This document shows positions 1 to 11,687 of a stretch of DNA of 64,000 bases, one piece after another. This DNA comes from Octopus vulgaris (lineage: Eukaryota), in assembly GCA_951406725.2 (NCBI GenBank), contig OX597816.1, forward strand, positions 127,844,001-127,908,000, in the 5' to 3' direction. Below the pieces are notes generated by a model, which was given only the letters and a program-made list of their open reading frames with translations, made no database searches and was not told the origin of the DNA. Numbering within the stretch: the stretch's first letter is position 1; each line of letters starts with the position of its first letter. A program made the position numbers and the translations under genes.

Positions 1-721
1 TTATATCTTATGTTTGTTGTTTCAGATCCAAGAGGCTGTGAACAACGAAAACCTCAAATCAAGCATCATGCTATCATTAAATATCTTACATTAGGTGAAT
101 AATAAGAAATACATGCTTTAAGAGACTTATCATACGACACTTTGCTAAGGAATGTAAGGCAGTCATTTATTAAAATTTGTCAAAGTATGTTGAAAAGATT
201 CTGGCACTAATCCTGATGTTAATAAAGGCAAACCCTGTGCAATTTCTGTTTCCCATTTTGAAATGATAACTATGAAAAATATTGTGATGAAAGTTTCTAG
301 CCACTTAAATAATAGTGGTAATAATAACAAATCAAGGTGATTATTTGGGTGGAGCTGCAAAGCCTTTTGGAGATTTTAATTGAACAATCAAAATCAGTCA
401 TTTACACTGTATTTATATGTATATTTCTACTCAGTTTTACATCATTTTGAAAACAAACATATGTTGTAGTATGTTCGTTTATTGAGTATTTGTGAATAGC
501 AGAACGAGGCAATCAGTCTCAGACTGCTATGCTAATTTCACATTTTTTGCAAGGAATGCCATGAATGTTAGTATCAGTGTGTTGATGGATTTTTTTTTTG
601 TTAGATAAACATATATAAAGGTATCTCTTTCAGAGATGCAACACACTGCTCTGGTTTATACCAGGTGTGTCATCTTTGTAACAATGCTAATTATTCTGTT
701 GAGCATTTGAAGTGAACACAC

Positions 722-870
722 AATACAGTTCTATATTTAAGAGATGAGGAATTATTTACATTATTTACATTCAACGGATATTTGTCCTCATCTTGTTTGT
801 TGTTCAAATCAGAATCAGTTAACAACAAACAAGACGAGGACAAATATCTGTCGAATGTAAATAATGAACA
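722..870. mobile_element. Tail-out inverted pair of the 3' tail of the tRNA-head/HHR element (very short insertion)
   Basis: ttacattcaacggatatttgtcctcatcttgtttgttgtt is followed after a short spacer by its reverse complement aacaacaaacaagacgaggacaaatatctgtcgaatgtaa; same tail as 4015-4095 and 54300-54340. Confidence 0.75.
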
Positions 871-917
871 CACAATGTAGTAAACTCATTTCAGAAATTC
901 AACTCAATTTGGATGTG

Positions 918-1285
918 GCAAATGAATTGTAAACAAAGACACATAAATCCGCTCACAAGACTTTGGTGACCCACGGCCATAGGAGAAAAGATACAAGATG
1001 CTGAAGAGTGGATCTGGATCTGAAATCACACAGTTGGGATGTAAACTTCTTATACGTGCAAGTACATTTCAGAGGAATATGTCTTCTTACAGCGTCTCAT
1101 TTTCAATGTCAGTGTGTGTGTGATCCAGCCTTGGATTGCTTGAACAATATTATTGACTGACTACTCAGCTATTGGAAGAGTGGTACTGTTTCTCATTTGT
1201 GCTAAGTTACAGGAATGTAGACACACCAACACCATTTGTCAAGCAGTGGTAGGGAACAAAGACACACACACATATACACACACAC
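918..1285. repeat. Composite local duplication: inverted copy of ~1795-1996 fused to a direct copy of ~2840-3005
   Basis: 918-1122 aligns by eye as the reverse complement of 1795-1996; 1121-1285 matches 2840-3005 directly. Confidence 0.85.
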
Positions 1286-2227
1286 TCAAAACTACATTGG
1301 TCACCAGCAATAGATCATATATATAACTGCATGATAAATGTAGACTGATGTTACTGTATGAATTTTTAAACTATGTTTGACTAGATATATCAGGAAGAAT
1401 TAATGTTACAAATGAGGGAAATCTAGGATGAAACTAAGTGCTATATGTCACCAAATTTAACAAACTTTAACAATAAAAAATAGTGTAGATATATGTATGT
1501 GTACATCAGTTACTGTTTCCTTACCTTGACTTTGTGTGACAGTTGTAAATGAATGTCATCATTCAAGAAGGCTGTGTCTTTCAATTCCCATCTTCTTTGA
1601 AAACATGTCCAGTTATCAGGAATGTTACTTTACATGACAACTGTTGAGGGTCGGTGGCATGAATGGCAGTCAGCTGTAGGAAAAAGTCCAGCTCAACAAA
1701 TTTCATTCAACCCATGCAAGCACGAAACAGTGAACATTAAATGGCACCGATGATCATAATGATGATAAACTCTCTCTCTCATATACACACACATACACAC
1801 CCAGACATTGAAAATGAGACATCGGAAGAGGATATAGTCCTCTGAAATGTACTTGCACGTATAAGAAGTTTACATCCCAACTGTGTGATTTCAGATCCAG
1901 ATCCACTCTTCAGCTTCTTGTATCTTTTCTCCTATGGCCATGGGTCACCAAAGTCCTGTGAGTGGATTTATGTGTCTTTGTTTACAATTCATTTGCTTCT
2001 AAGAGAACATTGTAATGTACAGGTAGTGTTGGCAGTTTTCCTGTTAACAAGTCAACTGCTTGTCTTGTGCCTTTGGAGATGCATTAGATAAAAGCTCCAT
2101 GATTTGAAAATCAGGTGAGGGTTAGTAATGGGAAGTGCATCTATCTGTAAAACAATGTCACAATAACATATTTGTCTAACACATACCAGAATAGAAAAAT
2201 AAATGTGCATATGAATGTATCTGTTTA

Positions 2228-2284
<57 letters not shown>

Positions 2285-2924
2285 ATATATATATATATAG
2301 ATAGATAGATAGATATAGATCGATAGATAATTTGATGATAATGGATTCATAGTGCTGTGAACAGCTATTTATATGTTCATCATTGAGTTGTGTTACATGC
2401 TGTGTGAAAATATTGGGTTTGATATTAGATGATTTCTTGCCATTTGTATTGGTTATTCATCAGTGATTGTCACTTGTACACAATGATGCTATATTCCTTC
2501 ACATTTTAATTAAGTGCCTCTTTGCACTGCTTGTATGTTTTCAATTAGTAAGGAGTACATCAGCTCTGCAGGCAACCAATGATCCAGTATTCACAGCATG
2601 GCCAACCTTTTAAACATGATCTCAAGTAGTAATACTTTCAGCATAAAAATGCAGTGTTCCTCGACCTTGCTGGCTCTTCATAACTATTTGGCATCAGCAT
2701 ATTTCCAGCTCGTGGAGATTTGGCCTATAAATTTTCCAGATTTCACTGCTGTATGAAGAATGATACAACAATTGCCTTATCTATTTTTGGTTACCTCAGA
2801 TCATGATCTTCATGTTCTCATCTTCACATACAACATAAATGATCCAGCCTTGGATTGCTTGAACAGTATCATTGATATTTGACTGACTACTCAGCTATTG
2901 GAAGAGTGGTACAGTTTCTCATTT

Positions 2925-3180
2925 GTGCTAAGTTACGGGAATGTAGACACACCAGCACCATTTGTCAAGCAGTGGTAGGGAACAAAGACACACACACACA
3001 CACATACACGCTCACACACACACACACCTATATAATAGGCTTCTTTCAGTTTCCATTTACCAAATCAACACAAAAGGCTTCAGTTTGCCCAAGTCTGTAG
3101 TGGAAGACATTTACCCAAGTTGCCATGCAGACCGTGTTGTTGAGAAGCAAACTTACCACACTCCTAACCAGTATCCGCCT
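2925..3180 (-). mobile_element. Degenerate tRNA-derived CORE-like SINE
   Basis: Matches the better copy at 4119-4502. Confidence 0.7.
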
Positions 3181-3260
3181 ATATCTATGTAACAAATATT
3201 TATAAGTGTGTGTGTGTATATATATTTATGCATGCATGTATATACATTTTTATACATGTA

Positions 3261-3337
<77 letters not shown>

Positions 3338-3422
3338 ATCATTTACATTATTTACATTTCATGGATATTTTATGCATGCATGTATATATATTTTTATACA
3401 AGTATTTCTCTCTCTATCTCTC

Positions 3423-3463
<41 letters not shown>

Positions 3464-3492
3464 GTATGTATATATGTGTGTATGTATATGTA

Positions 3493-3790
3493 CATCATTT
3501 ACATTATTTACATTTGATGGATATTTGTCCTCATCTTGTTTCATGTTAACACAACATTTCGGCTGATGTACTCTCCAGCCTTCATAGGTATCCTGGGGTA
3601 ATTTTGAACCTAGGTTTTCATTCCTAAGGTATTTTTTCAAATATTATTATTATTATTGTTGTTGATATTATCATCATCATCATCATTATTATTATCATTA
3701 TTATTATTATTCAGGTCACTGCCTGGAATCGAAGTCAGATACTTGGGGTTAGTATCCCATGTTCTTAACTACCACACCATATGCCCATGG
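3493..3790 (-). mobile_element. tRNA-head/(AAT)n/hammerhead element, left arm of an inverted dimer
   Basis: Reverse complement of 3817-4095; degenerate HHR cctatgaaggctggagagtacatcagccgaaatgttgtgtt on the minus strand. Confidence 0.8.
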
Positions 3791-3816
3791 ATATATGGCA
3801 TACTGGTTAGGAGTGC

Positions 3817-3887
3817 AGGTATATGACCTAGTGGTTAAGAACATGGGCTACTAACCCCAAGATTCTGAATTTGATTCCTGGCAGTGA

Positions 3888-3925
<38 letters not shown>

Positions 3926-4095
3926 TCAGAAACATACCTTAGGAAAGAGAACCCAGGTTCGAAATTCTCCCGGGACACCACATGAAGGCTGGAGAGTACA
4001 TCAGCCAAAACTGTGTTAACAACAAACAAGATAAGGACAAATATCCCTCAAATGTAAATAATGTAATTCCTCATCTCTCAAATATAGAATTGTAA
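3817..4095 (+). mobile_element. tRNA-head/(AAT)n/hammerhead element, right arm of an inverted dimer
   Basis: A-box-like tgacctagtgg, anticodon-arm-like gggctactaaccc, B-box-like atttgattcc, (AAT)n, decayed HHR at ~3974-4017, then tail aatgtaaataatgt. Confidence 0.8.
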
Positions 4096-4118
4096 TATAT
4101 ATATATATATATATATAT

Positions 4119-4502
4119 ATACTCTTTTACTCTTATACTTGTTTCAGTCATTTGACTGTGGCCATGCTGGAGCATCGCCTTTAGTCGAGCAAACTTATTC
4201 TTTGTAAGCCCAGTACTTATTCTATCGGTCTCTTTTGCCGAACCGCTAAGTGACGAGGACGTAAACACACCAGCATCGGTTGTCAAGCAATGCTAGGGGG
4301 AGAAACACAGACACACACATACATATATATATATACATATATACGACAGGCTTCTTTCAGTTTCCGTCTACCAAATTCACTCACAAGGCATTGGTCGGCC
4401 CGGGGCTATAGCAGAAGAGACTTGCCCAAGATGCCACGCAGTGGGACTGAACCCGGAACCCTGTGGTTGGTTAGCAAGCTACTTACCACACAGCCACTCC
4501 AT
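4119..4502 (-). mobile_element. Near full-length tRNA-derived CORE-like SINE (abundant octopus family)
   Basis: Minus strand begins ggagtggctgtgtggtaag (A box) and gggttcagtccc (B box), then cttgggcaagt CORE-like motif, internal (TG)n and gaaacaagt...aaaagagta tail; further copies in the window. Confidence 0.85.
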
Positions 4503-4614
4503 ACATATGTATGTATATATACATGATGTGCATATATATATACTTTGATAGGTTTCGGCCATTATTGGCCCAGGCCATGTCTAACTTAATAGCACCACCT
4601 GGTGTAGTCTTTCA

Positions 4615-5110
4615 ATATATATATATATATTTATATGTATATATATGTATAAGAATATAAATGTGTATATATATGCATCTATATATAAATATTTATATGT
4701 ATATATATGTATATGAATATAAATGTGTATATATATGCATCTATATATAAATATATATGTGTATACATGTATATATAAATATATATTTATATGTATATAT
4801 ATGTATATGAATATAAATGTGTATATATATGCATCTATATATTAATATATATGTGTATACATATATACATGTATATATAAATATATATTTATATGTATAT
4901 ATATGTATATGAATATAAATGTGTATATATATGCATCTATATATAAATATATATGTGTATACATATATACATGTATATCTATATATATATTTATATATGT
5001 ATATCTATCTATATGTATATGCATGTATATATGTATGCGTGTATATATATATATTTATGTCTATGTATATGTATGTATGCAAATGTTTGTATTTATGTAT
5101 ATTTATGTAT
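4615..5110. repeat. AT-rich minisatellite/microsatellite block
   Basis: Recurrent unit gaatataaatgtgtatatatatgcatctatat (four copies) within (TA)n/(TG)n. Confidence 0.85.
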
Positions 5111-5354
5111 TTATGCATTCTTTTATTCTTTTATTCTTTTCAGTCATTGAACTGTGACCATGCAGGGGCTCCACCTTCAAAGTGTTTGTCGATCATTTCA
5201 ACACCAGTACTTATTTCAGTCTGGTACTTATTTTATTGATCTTTAACAACACTATATAAACAATATAAACAACACTAAATCTATACAGGAACATGCAAAG
5301 GCCCATCACATATATGGAGACATATACGACAAATATATATATATTATTTATATA

Positions 5355-5397
<43 letters not shown>

Positions 5398-5401
5398 CAA
5401 A

Positions 5402-6443
5402 ATCATCATCATCGTTTAACGTCCACTTTCCATGCTGGCATGGTTTGGACGGTTCAACTGGGGTCTGGGAAGCCAGGAGGCTGCACCAGGCCCAGTCTGA
5501 TCTGGCAGTGTTTCTACAGCTGGATGCCCTTCCTAACGCCAACCACTCCGTGAGTGTAGTGGGTGCTTTTTACGTGCCACTGGCACAGATGCCAGGCGAA
5601 GCTGGCAACGGCCACATTCGGTTGGTGCTTTTTACGTGCCACCAGCACGGAGGCCAGTCGAGGCGGCGCTGGCAATGGCCACATTCGCATGGTTCTATTA
5701 CGTGCCACCAGCAATAGTATCACAACTACAATTTCCATTGATTTTTGATCGATTTTGATTTCGCTTGCCTCAACAGGTCTTCGCCAGCAGAGTTTTGTGT
5801 CCCAAGAAGGAAAGGTATGCATAAGTGGACTGGCTACATCCCACTTGTCCTGCCGGATCTTCTCACGCACAGCATACTTCCAAAGGTCTCAGTCACTAGT
5901 CATTGCCTCGGTGAGACCCAGTGTTTGAAGGTTGTGCTTCACCACCTCGTCCCAGGTTTTCCTGGGTCTACCTCTTCCACAGGTTCCCTCAACCGCTAGG
6001 GTGTGGCACTTTTTCACACAACTATCTTAATCCATTCTCGCCACATGACCATACCAGCGCAATCGTCTCTCTTGCACACCACAACTGATGCTTCTTAGGT
6101 CCAACTTTTCTCTCAAGGTACTTACACTCTGTCGAGTATGAACACTGACATTACACATCCATCAGAGCATGCTGGCTTCATTTCTTGCAAGCTTACACAT
6201 ATCCTCAGCAGTCATGGCCCATGTTTCACTGACATGTAGCATGGCTGTTCATACACATGCATCATACATTCTGCCGCTTACTCTGAGCGAGAGGCTTTTT
6301 GTCACCAGCAGAGGTAAGAGCTCTCTGAACTTTGCCCAAGCTATTTTTTACTCTAGCAGTTACACTTTCAGCATACCCACCCCTGCTACTGACTTGGTCA
6401 CCTAGGTAACGGAAGCTATCACTACTTCTAGTTTTTCTCCCTG
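5402..6443 (-). mobile_element. 5'-truncated RTE-clade LINE (C-terminal ORF part plus 3' UTR with (ATG)n tail)
   Basis: Minus-strand peptides GEKLEVV, SFRYLGDQVS, LRWYGHVARM, GRGRPRKTW; tail ccatgccagcatggaaagtggacgttaaacgatgatgat. Confidence 0.9.
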
Positions 6444-6570
6444 TACATAAAGTATGCATATATATATTATGTATATAATGTGTGTGTGTGTATATATATA
6501 TAATGTATGTGTATATATATATATATATATATATAAAATGTATGTATATATATATATTATGTATATGTGT

Positions 6571-6619
<49 letters not shown>

Positions 6620-7666
6620 GCATATATGGGTACAGGACATCAAAAAAACGTTGAACACAATGAGAAACAAAAACATAGTAACAAACATTTTTTTGAACAG
6701 TGAAAAAATACAGAGAAGCAAGACATAAAACATAAAGAATATTCCCCTTCTTCAGTTGTCCCTGTTTCATCTACTCCATGTTTTGAAGGCAAGGACAAGA
6801 CGCGACTTTGTTGAAACAGTCCTTCCCGCAAAGCAAATTAAATAAAATTTGGAATTTTTTGTGAAGGGTGAAGGTGGTAACAAGAACAGGACAGTGAGAA
6901 CCAAACAGTAAAAACAAACAGTGAGGACTGTTAAGCTGAGATGATAGAAAAATTATTATGAATGCTTGGAAGACGAGCTTATGAAAAAGACAGTATAAGT
7001 ACATTTGTTCTTTTTGAAAGTTGTGGGCAGAAAGATGATTATCTTTTGTCACATGTCAGCAACAAGAGAGTTGAGGAGGATGGGTAAGAGAGAGGGAATG
7101 GTGAAGAGGAGAGGAGAAGAATGGGAGAGAAAACCAGAAAGGATGAAGAACAAGAGAGGGAGAGAGATAGACAGAGCAGAGATAATAAAGGTAGAAGAGT
7201 ACACACACACACACACTCACATGAGAGAATTGTGTTGGTTCAGGGTTGTAGTAGAAGAAATTGCAGAGGATTCTTGGTGTGGAAGTGAACTTGGAATCAC
7301 ATGAACTGTGCCTGCACATATATGTCAGCATGTGTGTATATGTGTATATCTGTGAGAGTGCATGTATATATGTGAGCATGTGTGTGTGTGTGCATGCACA
7401 TACACACGCACACACACACACTAGTAGCAATCCACTTCCTCACACTGTTGTAGCTTCTGAATGCTATAATTTTACAGGCTACGCAGGTAGTCCAACATGC
7501 CTGTCTGTCACAGAATTACCCATTTACAGCTGAATTGACTGGACCAATGTGAAATGAACACAATACACCACTGGTCTGGAAATTGAAATCATGATCTTGA
7601 GATCATCAGAACAGTAAACTAACCTCCACACCACACACCTTCACACACACATATATGTGTGTGTGT

Positions 7667-7866
7667 GGAAGCAATAATTTTGCAGATTTATGTAATGTGC
7701 CTTGTGTCTCCAAGCAATCCTCCAGGCTCAAGGGTTTTTTCATTGACCAACATCTTGGTTTTCAAATAGGACTAACCATGTGCACTGAGCCTGAAAATTG
7801 CTTGGAGACACAAAGCATATTATATACATGAAATTATATTTCCATGGCATGAAACTATTAGTAGCT
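7667..7866 (+). ncRNA. Degenerate hammerhead motif in an inverted repeat (Penelope pLTR-like)
   Basis: agc-CTGAAAA(7791)-ttgcttgga...tccatggca-t-GAAAC(7851)-tatta-GTA-gct; 7667-7730 is an inverted copy of ~7786-7843. Confidence 0.55.
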
Positions 7867-8352
7867 GTTATTTAAATACTGTGTATATTAAATGACATAT
7901 ATTCTGTATATAGGTATATGCATATGTATACTCATTTATTTGTATGTAAGATATATATAACGTTCGATAAGTCAATGTTTTTTCTTTATGGTAACAGAGG
8001 TTGAGTAGGAATTGATGTTGAGGCAGGATTTTCAAGGCCTTATGCTCTTTCTGTCATCAACTTACGCCCGTGTTTGAGGTAAGGAATTTTTATATTTCAC
8101 AGGCTTTTCAAAACCCAGATCGACCAGTCATAATACTAGTTCAGTCAACCAGATTTACTCTCAAGGCATTGGCCAACCAAGCCTGATAGAAATATTCACC
8201 TTTGACATGAATCCAAAATTGCATATGTGTGCTTATGGATGTGTGTGTGTGTGTAACGTCATCATCATTACCATTTAAAATCTAGCTTCATGTTGGCATG
8301 GGCTGGATGTCTCAACAAGATCTGGTGGCTTTACATATATATATGCTTATGT

Positions 8353-8394
<42 letters not shown>

Positions 8395-8860
8395 TATATT
8401 CAGACATATGTATATCTTCCAGTATACATATGTAACAATTCTTATAGTTCTTAATGATTGTAGTTATTAGTGACATAGCTTCCAGCATGTACATGGCTAG
8501 CATTATACTCTGTAGGAATACTGATGAATACTCAATTTCATCATCATGTCAGTAGAGTAAATGATGTAATCTTGACTTGATTAATAATATTTGGTACTCC
8601 GCAACACCAATCTCAGTCAAAATATTGACTGCATATACAATACAGTGAAGAAATATCATAAATGAAGATAAATAGATATGAACACTGCAATATATGCTAC
8701 AGATGTTTCAATAGCATGGCAATTCATTTGCACTTAATATATTACATCATTATTACACACGCTAAATGACCTGCCATTTCATCAGGAATCTTCAAACTAA
8801 GTCATGTCATGAAGAAATGAGTTTGATGTATGTATTTTTCTCTCTCTATCTCTCTCCCTC

Positions 8861-8960
<100 letters not shown>

Positions 8961-11636
8961 TATATGAACATATTTAGTTGTATGTATGAATGTGTGTGTG
9001 AATATATATATCTTTGCATGTATACAGATGGATGTATTCATGTGTATGTATATGCCATCTTTATGATCATTTAATGTCTACCTTCCATTCTGGCATGAGT
9101 ATGACAGTTTGACAGGATGTGATATACTGGACAATTTACTCTTGCTCCATGTCTCAATTTCAGCATGGTTTCTGTGGCTTGATGCCCTTAATGATTGCTT
9201 TTTTTTTTTTTTTTTTTTTTTTTTTTGGTAATAGAACTATAGCATCTGTGTTGCTCTCAGAAAGACTAAAGTGTCCTCTCAATCATTGTGCTGTTTCTGC
9301 TTTTTTCACCATCAACTTCACAATGTGTACTGAGTCTTCTTTCCCTGCCACCTGCACTGGTGAGGTTAATTATACACATGTGCTCACATGCACACATACA
9401 TATATTTATATATATTAAATTATGAAGCTATGTAAGTAAGAGTCTAAACAATGTCATTTATCCAGATTATCACCAATGACTTATAGTATATTTTTATACA
9501 TTTGTTTGAAGCTTACCAACAATTGCTACTCAAATTAGTTGTTCTCTATTTTGTCAAAGGTTTAAACTATTGAATATTTTCCTTAGCTGGAATGTGTTTG
9601 ACCTTTTCATTGAAACTTTTAAAACATCACTTGGATACAGTTTGAATCATATTTTTGCTTTTGTAGTTTTACCTAAAATTTATTTTCAGTTATTGTTCTC
9701 AGTGGCACTAGCAATGTAAGTAGAATGTTAGAATGTAATTACTTGATTACTCTTTGTGCTTATCTAATCACAGGAAATTAGATGAGATATGCATTACTTT
9801 AGGTATCTAATAATTTGGCAATCGGGAGTGTAGCTGCAAATGGTGTGGAGATGTTGGTAAATAGTATTATTGATGCACACTACACACACACTCTAAAGAT
9901 TAACTTGACAGGTTATTATATGGCTAAATCAAGAGCCGCTAATCAAGAGGATATTGTTTTTATTATGTCACAATAGTTAAATGACTATGATGGAAATCTG
10001 AGAACAAATCCAGTATTTTGCAAATAGGTAGCATCATCAACCAGTTCCAGCAAAAGAAATTTCATGCGCATAAGTATTCAGACATCTCAAGAAATTATAT
10101 TCTATAGAACTGAGCACCAAGTGGGACATGTTTATTGAGCAAATGTTCAAACATCAAATCTTCAAACAAAATTTAAGATATTAAAGATGGTGATGTATGG
10201 GAGAAACTAATGAACTGAATGTATTTTCAAAATGAAGATTTTTTTTTTTAGAATTTGTTTTATTGATATAGTTTTATTTGAAAGGTCATGTTTTTTTTCT
10301 CAGTCATCGGTGTTATATAGCTATATATTAAGTAATATATTTTTGTAATAAGTTATTTTTTTCTGTCTTCATTAAAATTAATTGACAGTAAAATGCACCT
10401 GAAAAATATTATTGCTTCTTAACAGGACTTTTTAAAAAAAATATTCTTGTTGATGTACCAAAATTAAACTATTTATATCTAAAATATCTATCACAACTGA
10501 TTTGTATTTAATTTTAGAATTATTTCCTTCAGTGTTTTCTATTTGTAATTAATACAAAATTTTTTACTCTTTGTCCTTGTCAAATTCTAAAATTTCACAT
10601 TCCTTGAATTATATTTTCAGTCTTTCAATTTCAGCACAATTTTTCAGCATTGCACTTGATCTCTGCTATTCCAGCAGGTATAATATGAATAAGATAACCA
10701 TACTTAAATCATTAACTTTACAAAAATTAAAACATACAACCCACCTTTTTGCTATTTTGAATAAAATTGTCTCGGGCAGTGAGTTCAACACTTGATTTTC
10801 TTTCTGTTATCAATTACAAATATCACATTTACATTTGTGTATTTTTATATTCAGCAGATAATTGTGCATATATTATTATTGTGTGTGAGTGTAATAGATA
10901 TATACCTATAAAAAAGAAATGTCACCACACCAAGTATATGGGGAAGTGAAAGGTATAGGAATCATAATTGTTGATATTTAATATGATCCAATTGCTTGCA
11001 ATTTATGCAATGTTGAATAATTATACATATACCTTTTAATGTTATGAATAATTTAAATCATTGCTTTTTAAAAGAAACACTCCATCATTAAGAACCATTA
11101 GCTAATAGTGTGGAAAGCCTGCTGTGTATTTATGTAAGAAATAACATTCTTTAAATTATTAATAGTTCACTAGGCATTGACAATAAGTAAACACACTTCT
11201 GCCCCAAAAGTACCGTACTCAGAGTTTATGATAAACTATGATAACCAGTGATAATTCTCATTTAACCATTCTTATTCATCATTCTTTCAATCTTTGTAAT
11301 GTCACTTTCTCTTAACAGGGTTTTTTTTTCAGTGGCTCCAAGATTCTCAGTTCTCATAGAAAAGAAATGTTTAAAATGACCTTTGTGTTTATAACTTTAA
11401 AAGATAATGAAATAACATATCCTCTACATTCCTTTTCAGCTAAATTTACTTATTTCACTCTCTGACTTCCACTGTAGTTCGTATATCATTTATTATTATT
11501 ATTATTATTATAAAAAATTGCAATCTAATTTCATTTCTGTTATTATAGCCAATTTCAGCAAGATTTCTTTTTAGAAACCTCAATTTTGTTCTGTCAAATC
11601 TTTTGTTGGTCTAAACCATTTTTTTGTCTTTTACAG

Positions 11637-11687
11637 GTGCAAGGGATTTCTACCCCAAGAACAAAGGCTTCAGGATCACAGAGAAAG
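11637..11687 (+). CDS. Candidate 51-nt internal exon of an unidentified host gene
   Basis: Strong polypyrimidine acceptor tttttttgtcttttacag| and donor AAG|gttagt; length is a multiple of 3 and all three frames are open; lies in a ~5 kb TE-poor stretch. Confidence 0.5.

Noticed and set aside
26-94. Exon-like segment (ttcag|...ttag|gtgaat)
   Set aside because: KHHAIIKYL..KEIH..LSYDT resembles a mariner transposase N-terminus, so 26-400 is more likely a decayed transposon; too eroded to list as a feature.
3206-3566. Long I/Y/C/V/H/T-rich ORFs here and at 4842-5239, 25539-26474, 35050-35565, 50969-53108
   Set aside because: Translations of (TA)n/(TG)n/(CA)n microsatellites, which lack stop codons.
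3817-3890. tRNA gene
   Set aside because: No acceptor-stem pairing or oligo-T terminator; it is the head of a repeat. The same applies to the other SINE heads.
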